Origin: an uncultured bacterium
GTDB taxonomy: Bacteria > Margulisbacteria > WOR-1 > CAVSGV01
Assembly: GCA_963768305.1 (NCBI GenBank)
Contig: CAVYHE010000009.1
Span: 114,534-178,533, forward strand
Length of the DNA: 64,000 nt
Reading direction: 5' to 3'
Shown: piece by piece, positions 13,201 through 22,168 of the stretch
Position numbering within the stretch: position 1 is the first letter of the stretch
Layout: every line of letters starts with the position of its first letter
Made by a program: the position numbers and the translations under genes
The notes under the pieces: model-generated
Databases searched by the model: none
What the model was told of the DNA's origin: nothing
Seen by the model: only the letters and a program-made list of their open reading frames with translations

Positions 13201-13544
13201 AGGGCATTTAAAGCCTGTTGGTCTTCGCTTTCCAATGAAAGACGATAATCATAAACGCTGCCCGCCTTAAGCGAGGCATTTATGCACATCTGATCGGCAA
13301 GCCTAAGGATCCCGGCAGGTGAAGTATCTTCAATTATTATGGTCGTGGGCGCGGCAACAGCGGCAGGAGCGGCCGCAGGCAAATTCACATTAACATCAGC
13401 ATGAGTAACACGCTTTTTTGATGTTGTTTTAGTCGTGCCTTTGTTAGGAGCGGCGGATTTTGCGGCCGTTGTATTAGCGCCCGCCTTCGCCGTTGGAGTC
13501 GGCTGAACCGTTTCCACCTTCTTTGCTTGTCCTAAAGTTACCAT
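10212..13544 (-). CDS. Large hypothetical protein: helical N-domain, central beta-barrel-like region, Pro/Ala/Gln-rich linkers
   Basis: 1110-aa ORF with AGGAGG RBS; alternating aromatic/Gly strands from about aa 450-700 ending VDFTITF; no recognisable Sec signal peptide. Confidence 0.7.
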   Translation of the reverse strand: MVTLGQAKKVETVQPTPTAKAGANTTAAKSAAPNKGTTKTTSKKRVTHADVNVNLPAAAPAAVAAPTTIIIEDTSPAGILRLADQMCINASLKAGSVYDYRLSLESEDQQALNALKFAAELLMTRYTTGVSVAGYSRSVKPGLSKMESAWLYSAKIDQLIKIASSKTENRGRNAAKLVQTSYPKDNFSQPGHGDLDKDSLNISLYKRLSLLAEGYANPLTDAMKAGLKESLGDNLGQLDEAGMLAKVRSYIDSINADPATNDEQKAKKQNDQKNVLLAIGMTVEAMVTRYLINIRAAADYYAKHAGQKGAYKAAKAMLAAKPLAQMQTLKNFGLLQARYLKIEAGLKDPQANASMFTYSEKDIYDAMKALCGTLPDIQRNELMPFFEHGPNPDEAASVRNFDEQTFWAHLIKVKPMPAPQQKPAEAEVKQEPPKPPIPIPEPVKEQVRLGDGEMFFTTGMMDGAFNAGGGFKYTPIPHLHISAAADRFSKEMDISGDGQLLNKYLYVEGKYGASRNEDLNTSIDDPITVHTVSAKAEVKVIEQLSLNVEGSASGLLTNGFSVPSRTSDANFAEANLKAGMIFHASLTNKKLIKANIAYGRAYVNSSLISDADNGRIVKQFIDMGADITPKDAEDGLYGGMGYRFLLDKEISSLHYPLLYQDQSSIYGKFGYRFKSYDFGVGARYNYMSKAASVDFTITFGGKLPGIYVEKAESQKPAEQKQTAAASTTVSAQPAAAAPAKELPKATPQPAAAAPLPAKELQKTTLQPVAPAPTPADTSKKVVAQPKVSVQVTTETTTVQQTPAAAPAAPQPAVVLQPAAPATPPAPAQPQAPARPLRPRLNPVFTNGTSPLPLPLANVRDQGLANDLLVKKFHKSPAEFADIAFDEAKFQPYVKHYKVYLALKLLGRNPDLGDKEPLIQWMKELRKCAMGDLDNLGTWNLPNMPANGPANLGLYLQKYVDLNAFLNKGDLEMLHNKKYKDWSSKKYHDAIDRYTNVLKAFDNNNTSVAQDMFSVRTGNDYNPSVEDCIKFLSNAWTENVGNAWWTADGEKPGPDDPPRPAGIMSGKVVLYNKEAIGQLIYTDNVCKTLRGEMDVQYDASTKTGKFVNINQ

Positions 13545-13586
13545 AACATCCTCCTTATTTACGATCGATACGCATTGTCATTGACA

Positions 13587-14486
13587 TTAATATACCTGGC
13601 CCGGCCCTGCTGCCGGCTCTTCTTCCTCTTCCGCCGCAGACTTGTGAACATGAACTCTGACCTTAGTTTCATTGACCTCATTCGTCACGGCCGCCGGGGC
13701 CGCCTTCGCCGGTTTTACCGGCTCAGGTGCAGGCTGGCAGGGTTCGGAATTAATATCCGGCAGTTCGGACAGCAAGTCATTGAATTTACCGGATATCTTA
13801 AAGGGCACTTCGCTCGGAAAACTTCCGAGTTTGCCGCGTATCGCTCTTGGTTCCCTGTAAGTCTGAACGAAATTCTGATAGCTCGCATACTGATTAAAAG
13901 TGAATTTCAGGTGCACGATCGAAGCGATCTTTTCCCCGAAAGACATTTTTAATCCTCTTAGAACATCTATCGGCCTTGCGCAAGCATTATCCTGCTGCAG
14001 TATGGCGGCCATGTTCACGATGCTTGCCGCGACATCCGCCGAATTTCCATTGACATTTTTCCCGTAATTCACGGCGATCGCTTTCACAAGATCGACCCAG
14101 GTCAGGTCTTCCGCCTTATTTATCGGGATATTATTCGCGTACAGGACCTTTGTGAATGCGAATTCGCTCAGCGTTAATATATATCCGTTCCCGGCTTCCT
14201 GGAGCGCCCATCCGTCGTTCTGAGCTTCTGTTTTCTCGGCCTGCGGCTGCACTTTCGGAGTATCCACGGATGCAGGAGCGGGAGGATTTTCCTTGACCTG
14301 CGCGGGAGCCGAACGCTTCGTTGCTTTAGGCTGGATCGCGGGCTGTTCCGCCTCTTCACTTATGACCACGGTATCCGAAGATGAATCAGCCACTGCCGTT
14401 TCCGAAGCGGTCGAATCGTCTGTCTGGCCCACCATCAAATAGCTGACCAAAGTTAATATTGGATATGGATTAATTCTTAAGCTCAT
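13587..14486 (-). CDS. Hypothetical protein with N-terminal hydrophobic segment and low-complexity linkers
   Basis: 299-aa ORF, ATGA overlap with upstream gene. Confidence 0.7.
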   Translation of the reverse strand: MSLRINPYPILTLVSYLMVGQTDDSTASETAVADSSSDTVVISEEAEQPAIQPKATKRSAPAQVKENPPAPASVDTPKVQPQAEKTEAQNDGWALQEAGNGYILTLSEFAFTKVLYANNIPINKAEDLTWVDLVKAIAVNYGKNVNGNSADVAASIVNMAAILQQDNACARPIDVLRGLKMSFGEKIASIVHLKFTFNQYASYQNFVQTYREPRAIRGKLGSFPSEVPFKISGKFNDLLSELPDINSEPCQPAPEPVKPAKAAPAAVTNEVNETKVRVHVHKSAAEEEEEPAAGPGQVY

Positions 14487-15649
14487 GACTGTGCGCCCCC
14501 TTGTAATTGACCTTTTCCGTTGCCTTTTTTCTTTTTTGAGGTCTTTAGGTCATCCAGATCCACATCTATGTCATGCAAAACCGCCAAACTTTGCCTTTTC
14601 AGGTCTTCGAGATTCTTTTTTTGTTTTGCTTTTTCTCTCTCAAAAGTTTCATTCAACTTGGCCAACGAAACAATTACCTCATCGCGCTTTTCCGTGAACT
14701 GCTTTATCTGCACGTTAAGTTCATCTTTTTTCGGGGACAACACGGTATCAATTTCATTGACCAATTTATCTCTCTGAGTCGTAAGCCCGCCTATTTCCTG
14801 CTGCAGGCCCGCCACCTCTTGCGCGTGAACCTCTTTAAGGCGAGCGGATTGTTCATCTTTGCCTTTTTTCCAATCTTCATATTTATGCGTTTCCTCTATG
14901 AGAATATTTTTACTGGATGTGATCCGTTCATCTAATTTTTCCACTTCGAGCCCCTTTTCCACTATTTTGTCAACTATTTGTTTCAAGAGGGTTTTTTTAG
15001 ACTCTATCATCGCGACCATGTCATCCTCTTCTTTTTTAAACTTCCTCATTTTAGTATTGTACTCTGATTCCAACTGCGTAATTTTGGCCTGAACTGTGTT
15101 CGCCTTTTCGTGCAACTTAGCTATTTCGGCATTCAAACCGCTTACTTGAGTGTTCCTCGCGATCTCCGTTTCTCCCACCTTGGCTTTGAACCCAAGGGGC
15201 AGCTTGTCTGCAGATTCGAGAGCCGCGATTTCGCCCATAAATAATTTCTTGTCTTCCGGCTTAGCCAGCCCGCTAAGCCCCATCAGTATGGCGTTAAATC
15301 CCTCATTTGCGTCATGCTTAATAGCTTTGACGAAAATGGAAAGACTGGCCTTCTGTCCGTGCAATAATGTCTTAACGCCGAAGAACAAACCGCCCAATCC
15401 TATGCCGGGAAAAAGTCCCGTCATCACGGCATTCCCGAGATCCGGAACGTGCTGGAAAAAAGGCGAGATCTCATCCAGCCCCACGAATGCCGCGATAGTT
15501 CCGCTGGCTACAATCGCCGCCATCTTTATGTTTCTCGCCATAGGCTTTATATCGGCAAGATGATACATTATCGTTTTATTGTTCATAAGCATTGTTCTTA
15601 ACTCTTTTCTTGGCACGCCTATGGGTTTAACTCGAAATTCATTGCTCAT
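14483..15649 (-). CDS. Membrane-anchored coiled-coil protein (start reassigned to MSNEFRVK at 15649)
   Basis: AAGGAG RBS before the ATG at 15649; two hydrophobic helices followed by a long heptad-rich K/E/Q region. Confidence 0.7.
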   Translation of the reverse strand: MSNEFRVKPIGVPRKELRTMLMNNKTIMYHLADIKPMARNIKMAAIVASGTIAAFVGLDEISPFFQHVPDLGNAVMTGLFPGIGLGGLFFGVKTLLHGQKASLSIFVKAIKHDANEGFNAILMGLSGLAKPEDKKLFMGEIAALESADKLPLGFKAKVGETEIARNTQVSGLNAEIAKLHEKANTVQAKITQLESEYNTKMRKFKKEEDDMVAMIESKKTLLKQIVDKIVEKGLEVEKLDERITSSKNILIEETHKYEDWKKGKDEQSARLKEVHAQEVAGLQQEIGGLTTQRDKLVNEIDTVLSPKKDELNVQIKQFTEKRDEVIVSLAKLNETFEREKAKQKKNLEDLKRQSLAVLHDIDVDLDDLKTSKKKKGNGKGQLQGGAQS

Positions 15650-15650
15650 T

Positions 15651-16655
15651 TTACCAAGCTCCTTTGTCTTGTCCCGTCGCCGTAGTCTTCGCCGGAGCAG
15701 CGGCCGCAGCTTTATTGGTAGTATCTGCCGCAGGCGTCGTCGCGGGAGCCGCAGACGATGCGCTGGTTTTGAACGCGGTCTTGCCAAAGCCAAATGAAAC
15801 CGAGCTGCCGATAACCACCCCTAGCGAGGTCCACTTGCAAGTCACATCAAGGTCCAGAGATCGCGTCTTGCCGATCTTTGGATGATACCCTATCCCGACG
15901 ATCGGATTGAACTTGTCGAACATATTGACCGCATCCCTGCTGTTGATCCAGTTGGCCCCCACTCTGCCGTAAAGCAGTCCATTGAAGAAACCAACATCCA
16001 CTCCCAAATTCGCGTCGGTTATCGTTTGTTCGTTCACTCCGTACAGGACGTTGCCGATGATCTTTCCCTTCGCCGCTGCCGTTCAAATACGAGAACGCAA
16101 ATTCATCCTGGAACAAAAAGCTGGTCGGGATCGGGTTATTGTCATCTTTGTCCTCATTGGACTGAAGCTTAGACCCGAAATCAAGCAAGCCTACGGTGAT
16201 ATGATTTTTCGGCACATTAAAAAGCACCGACAGATCCCCGCCATAAGATATATGGGAAGAAGAAAAAACGTTATGCTCCGTGAATGAATCTCCGTGCACC
16301 CTTGCGGTAGCGCCAAGGCCTATGCCCGCTGCCGATGTTTGCAGGAGCATCCTTGCGTAATTCGCTTCTATCTGAAAATCCAAATAGTTCCAGCTTTTGC
16401 TATCATCATCGGATATTTGATACACTTTACCGCCCAATCCGACACAGCTTTGATCTTTCAGGTAATAATTGACCCCTGCAGAGAACGGGTAGATCCTCGA
16501 TTTCGGAAGGATCGTCCGCAATATACAAAGCATTATTTTTATCCTTATTCGTCAAAGCATCAGCAGCATTATTATCGTTGAACGGCTCGATTAGCCCTAT
16601 TCTTGAAAGGATTTGGAGGGCATACTCCAATGTTTATGCCGTTAATGACGCTCAT
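15651..16655 (-). CDS. Diverged PorV/PorQ-like beta-barrel protein (several frameshifts; stitched from ORFs 16427-16630, 15847-16533, 15651-16037)
   Basis: GGAGG RBS and ATGA overlap at 16652-16655; barrel strands IGLGATARV, YGGDLSVLF, VGLLDFGSKL..P, LYGRVG, VGIGY, SSVSFGF follow the PorV-family layout. Confidence 0.55.
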
Positions 16656-19600
16656 TGCGCAACACCTCCCGGCCTTGACGCCTTTACAATGAATATTCTT
16701 TCGTATTTGTTGTGTGTTTTCAGCTGGTTCTCCTCATAAACCTGAACGATACACGGCTGGTAAGCCAGCGCACTGTGGTCCCACGGGATCTTTATGGATT
16801 TTGTCGCATCGTCAACCTTCGTTGCGCTGACGGAAGGATTGGAAAGATCTATGTTAAATTCTTTCAAAAGCTGCGAGGTCACAGTAGATATTCGTATTTT
16901 GATCTTATTCTTGGCATCAACAGACGCGTTCGGAAGGACCAGGAATATGTTATTTTCTCCGATGAACCAAGTTGTTTCTTTTTCCTGTCCCGTTACCGCG
17001 TTCGGAAGATGGCTGTAGATCCTATACGCGGAAGCGGGCGCGGGCGGATTGCCTATTTGCAGGGTCGTGAACGAACCATCGTCCACCGGCGATACATCGC
17101 CTTCATCATCCTGCGCCACCACATAGATCGTGTAAGGGCCGTCAGGCATGGTCGCGATCGTCGGAACGGCGATCGATCCTGTGGAAGCTATGTAAGTCGC
17201 ATTTCCCCCGACATAAGCATCATCCGGAAGCTTAGGTTTAAGCAAGTTGCCGCTAGCATCACGGGTGCCGTTTATGGCATTCTCAAGATCTTTCAGGGTG
17301 GGATATGTTGTTGAGCCCAGGACGCCGGGTTTCAGGACAACCGCTTTGTACCCGGTTATCTTCCCGACCGCAACGGTCGTAAGATCATGAATGACCGTTA
17401 CGTTATATCCGACCGTTGTTTTTACATAAGAGGCGGAACGCACTTTCACCGCAAGCGGCAGGATAGGCTGGGTTACCGGGACATCCACAGATTTTACCGA
17501 ATCGGTAGTTAACTGAGATGTCTTCCCTTGGTCATCCTTATCCATTACAAAAACATAATATGTGCCCTGCGGCAGGTTCTGCGTAGCAGTGAGCACTCCG
17601 TTATTGTACCCGGTGACCCATCCTGAGCTTGCAGCCCATGGAATACTGGCCCCGTTGTTCATCGCATTCAAAAGGTCCTGGAGCGTGGCATATGTTTTGC
17701 CTGCTCCAACTATGCTCGCATCTATCACTCCCATCTGATAGCCTATGACCGTCCCGTATTTGTCGGTGCCTTGATTATAGTTAGCGATTATTTTAGATCC
17801 GCCTACAACTTGCGACCAAGCAGCGCTGGTCACTGTAACAGGATCCGGTATCTGGGAAACGTAGGCAGGGATGATCACGGACTGGACCGAATTGGTCGTT
17901 AACTGTGATACCCTATTCTGGTCATCTTTTGACATTACAAATGTATAATATGTACCTTTCGCCAGGTTCTGCGTCGCTGAGATAGTTCCGTTGTAGCCGG
18001 CGACCCATCCTGAACTTGCGGCCCATGGGATACTGGCTCCGCTGTTTATCGCGTTCAGAAGATCCTGGAGCGTGGCATATGTTTTGCCTGTTCCCACGAT
18101 ACTGGCATCGATAACTCCCATTTGATAGCCGGTGATGGTCCCGTATTTATCCGTGCCCTGAGTAAATGTATCTGTGACCTGGAATCCGCCCATAACCTGA
18201 GTCGCTGTGGCACCGGTCACAGTAACAGGATCCGGTATCTGGGGAACATAATCGGGAATATCCACAGATTTAACCGAATCGGTCGTTAACTGCGATGTCT
18301 TGTTCTGATCGTCTTTTGACATTACAAATGTATAATATGTACCTTTCGCCAGGTTCTGCGTCGCTGAGATAGTTCCGTTGTAGCCGGCGACCCATCCTGA
18401 GCTTGCAGCCCATGTGATGCTGGCTCCGCTGTTTATCGCGTTCAGAAGATCCTGGAGCGTGGCATATGTTTTGCCTGTTCCAACTATGCTCGCATCTATA
18501 ACTCCCATTTGATAGCTGGTGATGGTCCCGTATTTGTCTGTGCCTTGATTAAATGTATCCGTAACTTTAAACCCGCCGGTAACTTGAAGTTCTGAGGCGG
18601 CCGTCACGGTAACAGGATCCGGTATCTGGGAAACATAGTCGGGAATATCCACAGATTTGACCGAATCGGTCGTTAACTGCGATGTCTTGTTCTGATCGTC
18701 TTTTGACATTACAAATGTATAATATGTACCTTTCGCCAGGTTCTGCGTCGCTGAGATAGTTCCGTTGTAGCCGGCGACCCATCCTGAGCTCGCAGCCCAT
18801 GTGATGCTGGCTCCGCTGTTTATCGCGTTCAGAAGATCCTGGAGCGTGGCATATGCCTTGCCTGCTCCAACTATGCTCGCATCTATAACTCCCATTTGAT
18901 AGCTGGTGATGGTCCCGTATTTGTCTGTGCCTTGATTAAATGTATCTGTAACTTTAAACCCGCCGGTAACTTGAAGTTCTGAGGCGGCCGTCACGGTAAC
19001 AGGATCCGGTATCTGGGAAACATAGGCAGGGACATTCACGGTCTGGACCGAGTTGGTCGTTAACTGCGATGTCTTGTTCTGGTCGTCTTTTGACATTACA
19101 AATGTATAATATGTACCTTTCGCCAGATTCTGCGTCGCTGAGGTGATAGTTCCGCCGTTGTACCCCGTGACCCATCCTGAGCTCGCAGCCCATGTGATGC
19201 TGGCTCCGCTGTTCATAGCATTCAGAAGATCCTGGAGCGTGGCATATGTCTTGCCTGCTCCCACTATGCTCGCGTCTATCACTCCCATCTGATAAGCTGT
19301 GACCGTCCCGTATTTATCCGTGCCCTGAGCAAATGTATCCGTGACCTGGAATCCGCCGGTAACCTGAGCAACTGAGGCGCCGGTTACTGTAACAGGATCC
19401 GGTATCTGGGGAACATAATCAGGAATATTCACGGTCTGGACCGAGTTGGTCGTTAACTGCGATGTCTTGTTCTGGTCATCTTTCGACATTACAAATGTAT
19501 AATATGTACCTTTCGCCAGGTTCTGCGTCGCGGAGATACTCCCGCCGTTGTACCCGTTGACCCATCCTGAGCTTGCCGCCCAGGCAATATTAGCTCCGCT

Positions 19601-21898
19601 GTTTATCGCGTTCAGAAGATCCTGGAGCGTGGCATATGTCTTGCCAGCTCCAACTATGCTCGCGTCTATAACTCCCATTTGATAAGCTGTGATATTCCCG
19701 TATTTATCGGTACCTTGAGTAAATGTATCTGTGACCTGGAATCCGCCGGCAACCTGAGTTTCCGATGCGGCCGTTACGGTAACAGGATCCGGTATCTGGG
19801 GAACATAATCAGGAATATTCACGGTCTGGACCGAGTTGGTCGTTAACTGCGATGTCTTATTCTGGTCATCTTTCGCCATTACAAATGTATAATATGTACC
19901 TTTCGCCAGGTTCTGCGTCGCGGAGATACTCCCGCCGTTGTACCCGTTGACCCATCCTGAGCTCGCAGCCCATGTGATGCTGGCTCCACTGTTTATAGCG
20001 TTCAGAAGATCCTGGAGCGTGGCATATGTCTTGCCTGTCCCTACGATACTGGCATCGATAACTCCCATCTGATAAGCTGTGACCGTCCCGTATGAATCTG
20101 TACCTTGATTAAATGTATCAGTAACCTTAAATCCACCGGCAACCTGAGTTTCCGATGCAGCCGTCACGACAACCGGGTCCGGTATCTGGGGGACGGGGGC
20201 AGGGATGGCCACAGACTGGACCGAATTGGCAGTTAACTGCGATGTATTCCCTTTGTCATCTTTCGCCATTACAAATGTATAATATGTACCCTGCGCCAGG
20301 TTCTGCGTCGCAGAGATACTTCCGTTATTGTACCCGTTGACCCATCCTGAACTTGCAACCCAAGGAACAGTAGCCCCGTTGTTCATGGCATTCAGAAGAT
20401 CCTGTAGCGTGGCATATGTCTTTCCTGCTCCCACAAGATTGGCATCTACCACTCCCATTTGATAGCTTGTGATAGTTCCGGCCGGATCGGTGGCTTGATT
20501 AAATGTATCCGTAACCGTAAATCCGCCGGTAACCTGCTTTTCTGCAGCGCTCGTCACGGTCACCGGATTCGGCAGCCACGTTATGGACAAGTTTTGGTAA
20601 ACTTGATTGGCGGAAACCTGCGCAAACATGCCGTCAGCGTTCTTAGCCAGCACTAAAACATAGTATTGGCCGGTCGGAACATGAGACGGATCAAAAGGAC
20701 CTATTGAAAGAGTACCTGTGGAAGCGGCAAAGTCGGGAGACGCGGTGTTCCACGAAATAGCCTTCCCGCCGTTCTGCGCGTCAATAAGCCCCTGCAATGA
20801 TCCATAAGTTTTATTCGCTGCGTCCTTATTTATCATTACCGCTTCATAAGTCACCGCTTCTCCCTGAGGATCCGCGGAAAGGGTATGGGTGACCGCCACG
20901 GTGCCCGTGCCGTTATTGGCAGAGGTAAAGACCGCTGAATTAACAGTTGCGGGAGTGGGCGGCTGGATAGCAGGCGCGGCCGCCACTGACACCACCGGTT
21001 CTGCCGCATCAACGCCATATATCGAGTCGGAACCGGAATTGCTGCCTGGCACATAATTAATGGCAGACCATAATTGCACGCTGTTCTCCGCCCTTACCAT
21101 TACAATATAGTCGCCTGACGGAATATCTGTATATTTTTCAATGTATTTTGTTTTGGACACGTCAGTTTCATATTTCGTCCATGCTTGTGAAGGCATATTC
21201 CAGTTATTTATAGCCGTGATCAGGTCGTCAATTGTTGGATAAGCCGCGGTGCCAATCAGGCTTTTCGGCACGCCTATTATCTGATATTGAGTTATGTTGA
21301 CACCGGGATCAGGATCCGTGGACGCATTAAAAGTAACAACGACCTGATTATAGGAACCTGCAGGCGCTGAAGCGGTTACACCCTTCACGTAAGCAGGCGG
21401 ATTATATAAAGTCGCGGCCTCTGTAACTGATGGAATAAAGGGCAAGCCTATTTCGCGGTTAAGATCGCCAAGGAAACTGCCGACTTTGCCCCATAAGGAA
21501 ACTTTAGGCGCCGGCCCCACGAACGGATTGACGGACGAATACATAGGCGCGTACCTTTTGGACGAGTTCGAACCTGAAGAAAAGGCCTGTGTTCCCTTTT
21601 GCTGGTTGCCAGAGTTCGGACTCGAAGAAAGGGTCTGTTTCCCATCGCGCTGATCATGTTTTTGCTCACGGTCTTTCGGCTGGGTTTTGGGTGCTTCTGC
21701 TTTTTGCGCCGCAACCTGTATGATAGGCACGCCTACTGCCGAATACATCGGCATGGAAGAGGAGGTTTGCGTTCCCTTTTGCTGAGATTCTTTTGGCTGC
21801 GTTTTGTCGCTTTTATCCTGTTTCTTTTTATTATCAGCAATGATCTTTGAGTAGCTCAAGCTTGCTGTGCTGCCGGTAACTGCGTCAACTACACTCAT
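16652..21898 (-). CDS. 1748-aa surface/adhesin-like protein with ~11 FN3/Ig-like repeats and a degenerate T9SS-CTD-like C-terminus
   Basis: ~130-aa repeats PDPVTVT...TYYTFVMSKDDQ; C-terminus LPNA...IKIRISTVTSQLLKEF...IPWD; low-complexity N-terminal extension with no Sec signal. Confidence 0.8.
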   Translation of the reverse strand: MSVVDAVTGSTASLSYSKIIADNKKKQDKSDKTQPKESQQKGTQTSSSMPMYSAVGVPIIQVAAQKAEAPKTQPKDREQKHDQRDGKQTLSSSPNSGNQQKGTQAFSSGSNSSKRYAPMYSSVNPFVGPAPKVSLWGKVGSFLGDLNREIGLPFIPSVTEAATLYNPPAYVKGVTASAPAGSYNQVVVTFNASTDPDPGVNITQYQIIGVPKSLIGTAAYPTIDDLITAINNWNMPSQAWTKYETDVSKTKYIEKYTDIPSGDYIVMVRAENSVQLWSAINYVPGSNSGSDSIYGVDAAEPVVSVAAAPAIQPPTPATVNSAVFTSANNGTGTVAVTHTLSADPQGEAVTYEAVMINKDAANKTYGSLQGLIDAQNGGKAISWNTASPDFAASTGTLSIGPFDPSHVPTGQYYVLVLAKNADGMFAQVSANQVYQNLSITWLPNPVTVTSAAEKQVTGGFTVTDTFNQATDPAGTITSYQMGVVDANLVGAGKTYATLQDLLNAMNNGATVPWVASSGWVNGYNNGSISATQNLAQGTYYTFVMAKDDKGNTSQLTANSVQSVAIPAPVPQIPDPVVVTAASETQVAGGFKVTDTFNQGTDSYGTVTAYQMGVIDASIVGTGKTYATLQDLLNAINSGASITWAASSGWVNGYNGGSISATQNLAKGTYYTFVMAKDDQNKTSQLTTNSVQTVNIPDYVPQIPDPVTVTAASETQVAGGFQVTDTFTQGTDKYGNITAYQMGVIDASIVGAGKTYATLQDLLNAINSGANIAWAASSGWVNGYNGGSISATQNLAKGTYYTFVMSKDDQNKTSQLTTNSVQTVNIPDYVPQIPDPVTVTGASVAQVTGGFQVTDTFAQGTDKYGTVTAYQMGVIDASIVGAGKTYATLQDLLNAMNSGASITWAASSGWVTGYNGGTITSATQNLAKGTYYTFVMSKDDQNKTSQLTTNSVQTVNVPAYVSQIPDPVTVTAASELQVTGGFKVTDTFNQGTDKYGTITSYQMGVIDASIVGAGKAYATLQDLLNAINSGASITWAASSGWVAGYNGTISATQNLAKGTYYTFVMSKDDQNKTSQLTTDSVKSVDIPDYVSQIPDPVTVTAASELQVTGGFKVTDTFNQGTDKYGTITSYQMGVIDASIVGTGKTYATLQDLLNAINSGASITWAASSGWVAGYNGTISATQNLAKGTYYTFVMSKDDQNKTSQLTTDSVKSVDIPDYVPQIPDPVTVTGATATQVMGGFQVTDTFTQGTDKYGTITGYQMGVIDASIVGTGKTYATLQDLLNAINSGASIPWAASSGWVAGYNGTISATQNLAKGTYYTFVMSKDDQNRVSQLTTNSVQSVIIPAYVSQIPDPVTVTSAAWSQVVGGSKIIANYNQGTDKYGTVIGYQMGVIDASIVGAGKTYATLQDLLNAMNNGASIPWAASSGWVTGYNNGVLTATQNLPQGTYYVFVMDKDDQGKTSQLTTDSVKSVDVPVTQPILPLAVKVRSASYVKTTVGYNVTVIHDLTTVAVGKITGYKAVVLKPGVLGSTTYPTLKDLENAINGTRDASGNLLKPKLPDDAYVGGNATYIASTGSIAVPTIATMPDGPYTIYVVAQDDEGDVSPVDDGSFTTLQIGNPPAPASAYRIYSHLPNAVTGQEKETTWFIGENNIFLVLPNASVDAKNKIKIRISTVTSQLLKEFNIDLSNPSVSATKVDDATKSIKIPWDHSALAYQPCIVQVYEENQLKTHNKYERIFIVKASRPGGVAQ
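17480..20575 (-). repeat. Eight tandem near-identical coding repeats of 387-393 bp
   Basis: Anchor GGATCCGGTATCTGGG (one variant) recurs near 17841, 18228, 18615, 19002, 19395, 19785 and 20175. Confidence 0.95.
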
Positions 21899-21967
21899 AA
21901 ATTCCTCCTTGTTTCCCTATCTCTTATTAAATGTTTCCGATAACACGCTATTCTTCTCTCTATATAT

Positions 21968-21995
21968 ATATCGTCACTTTTCCGGGAAAATTTCA
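21968..21995 (-). promoter_or_regulatory. Sigma28-like promoter element, copy 3
   Basis: TGAAA-N15-GACGATAT. Confidence 0.75.
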
Positions 21996-22098
21996 CTTTT
22001 TCCCAAAATATTTTCGGCGTCCCCCGCCGATCTTATATGTCCTTCCAACGCCTTTATGCTCTGATATTCTGATGATCTGTTCCTCTGCTCTATATGAT

Positions 22099-22126
22099 AT
22101 ATCGACACTATTTTCAAAAAATTTCA
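22099..22126 (-). promoter_or_regulatory. Sigma28-like promoter element, copy 4 (tandem with copy 3)
   Basis: TGAAA-N15-GTCGATAT. Confidence 0.75.
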
Positions 22127-22168
22127 CTTTTCACGGAAAATATTTTTGGGCAAACAGGGACGAGAACT

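Noticed and set aside
14483..15793. Arg-rich 48-aa N-terminal extension of the coiled-coil ORF
   Set aside because: It overlaps the upstream barrel gene in another frame; the RBS supports a start at 15649
17480..20575. Long regular repeat as a CRISPR array or other non-coding array
   Set aside because: Units are 387-393 bp, in frame, have no unique spacers and encode protein domains; no cas genes seen
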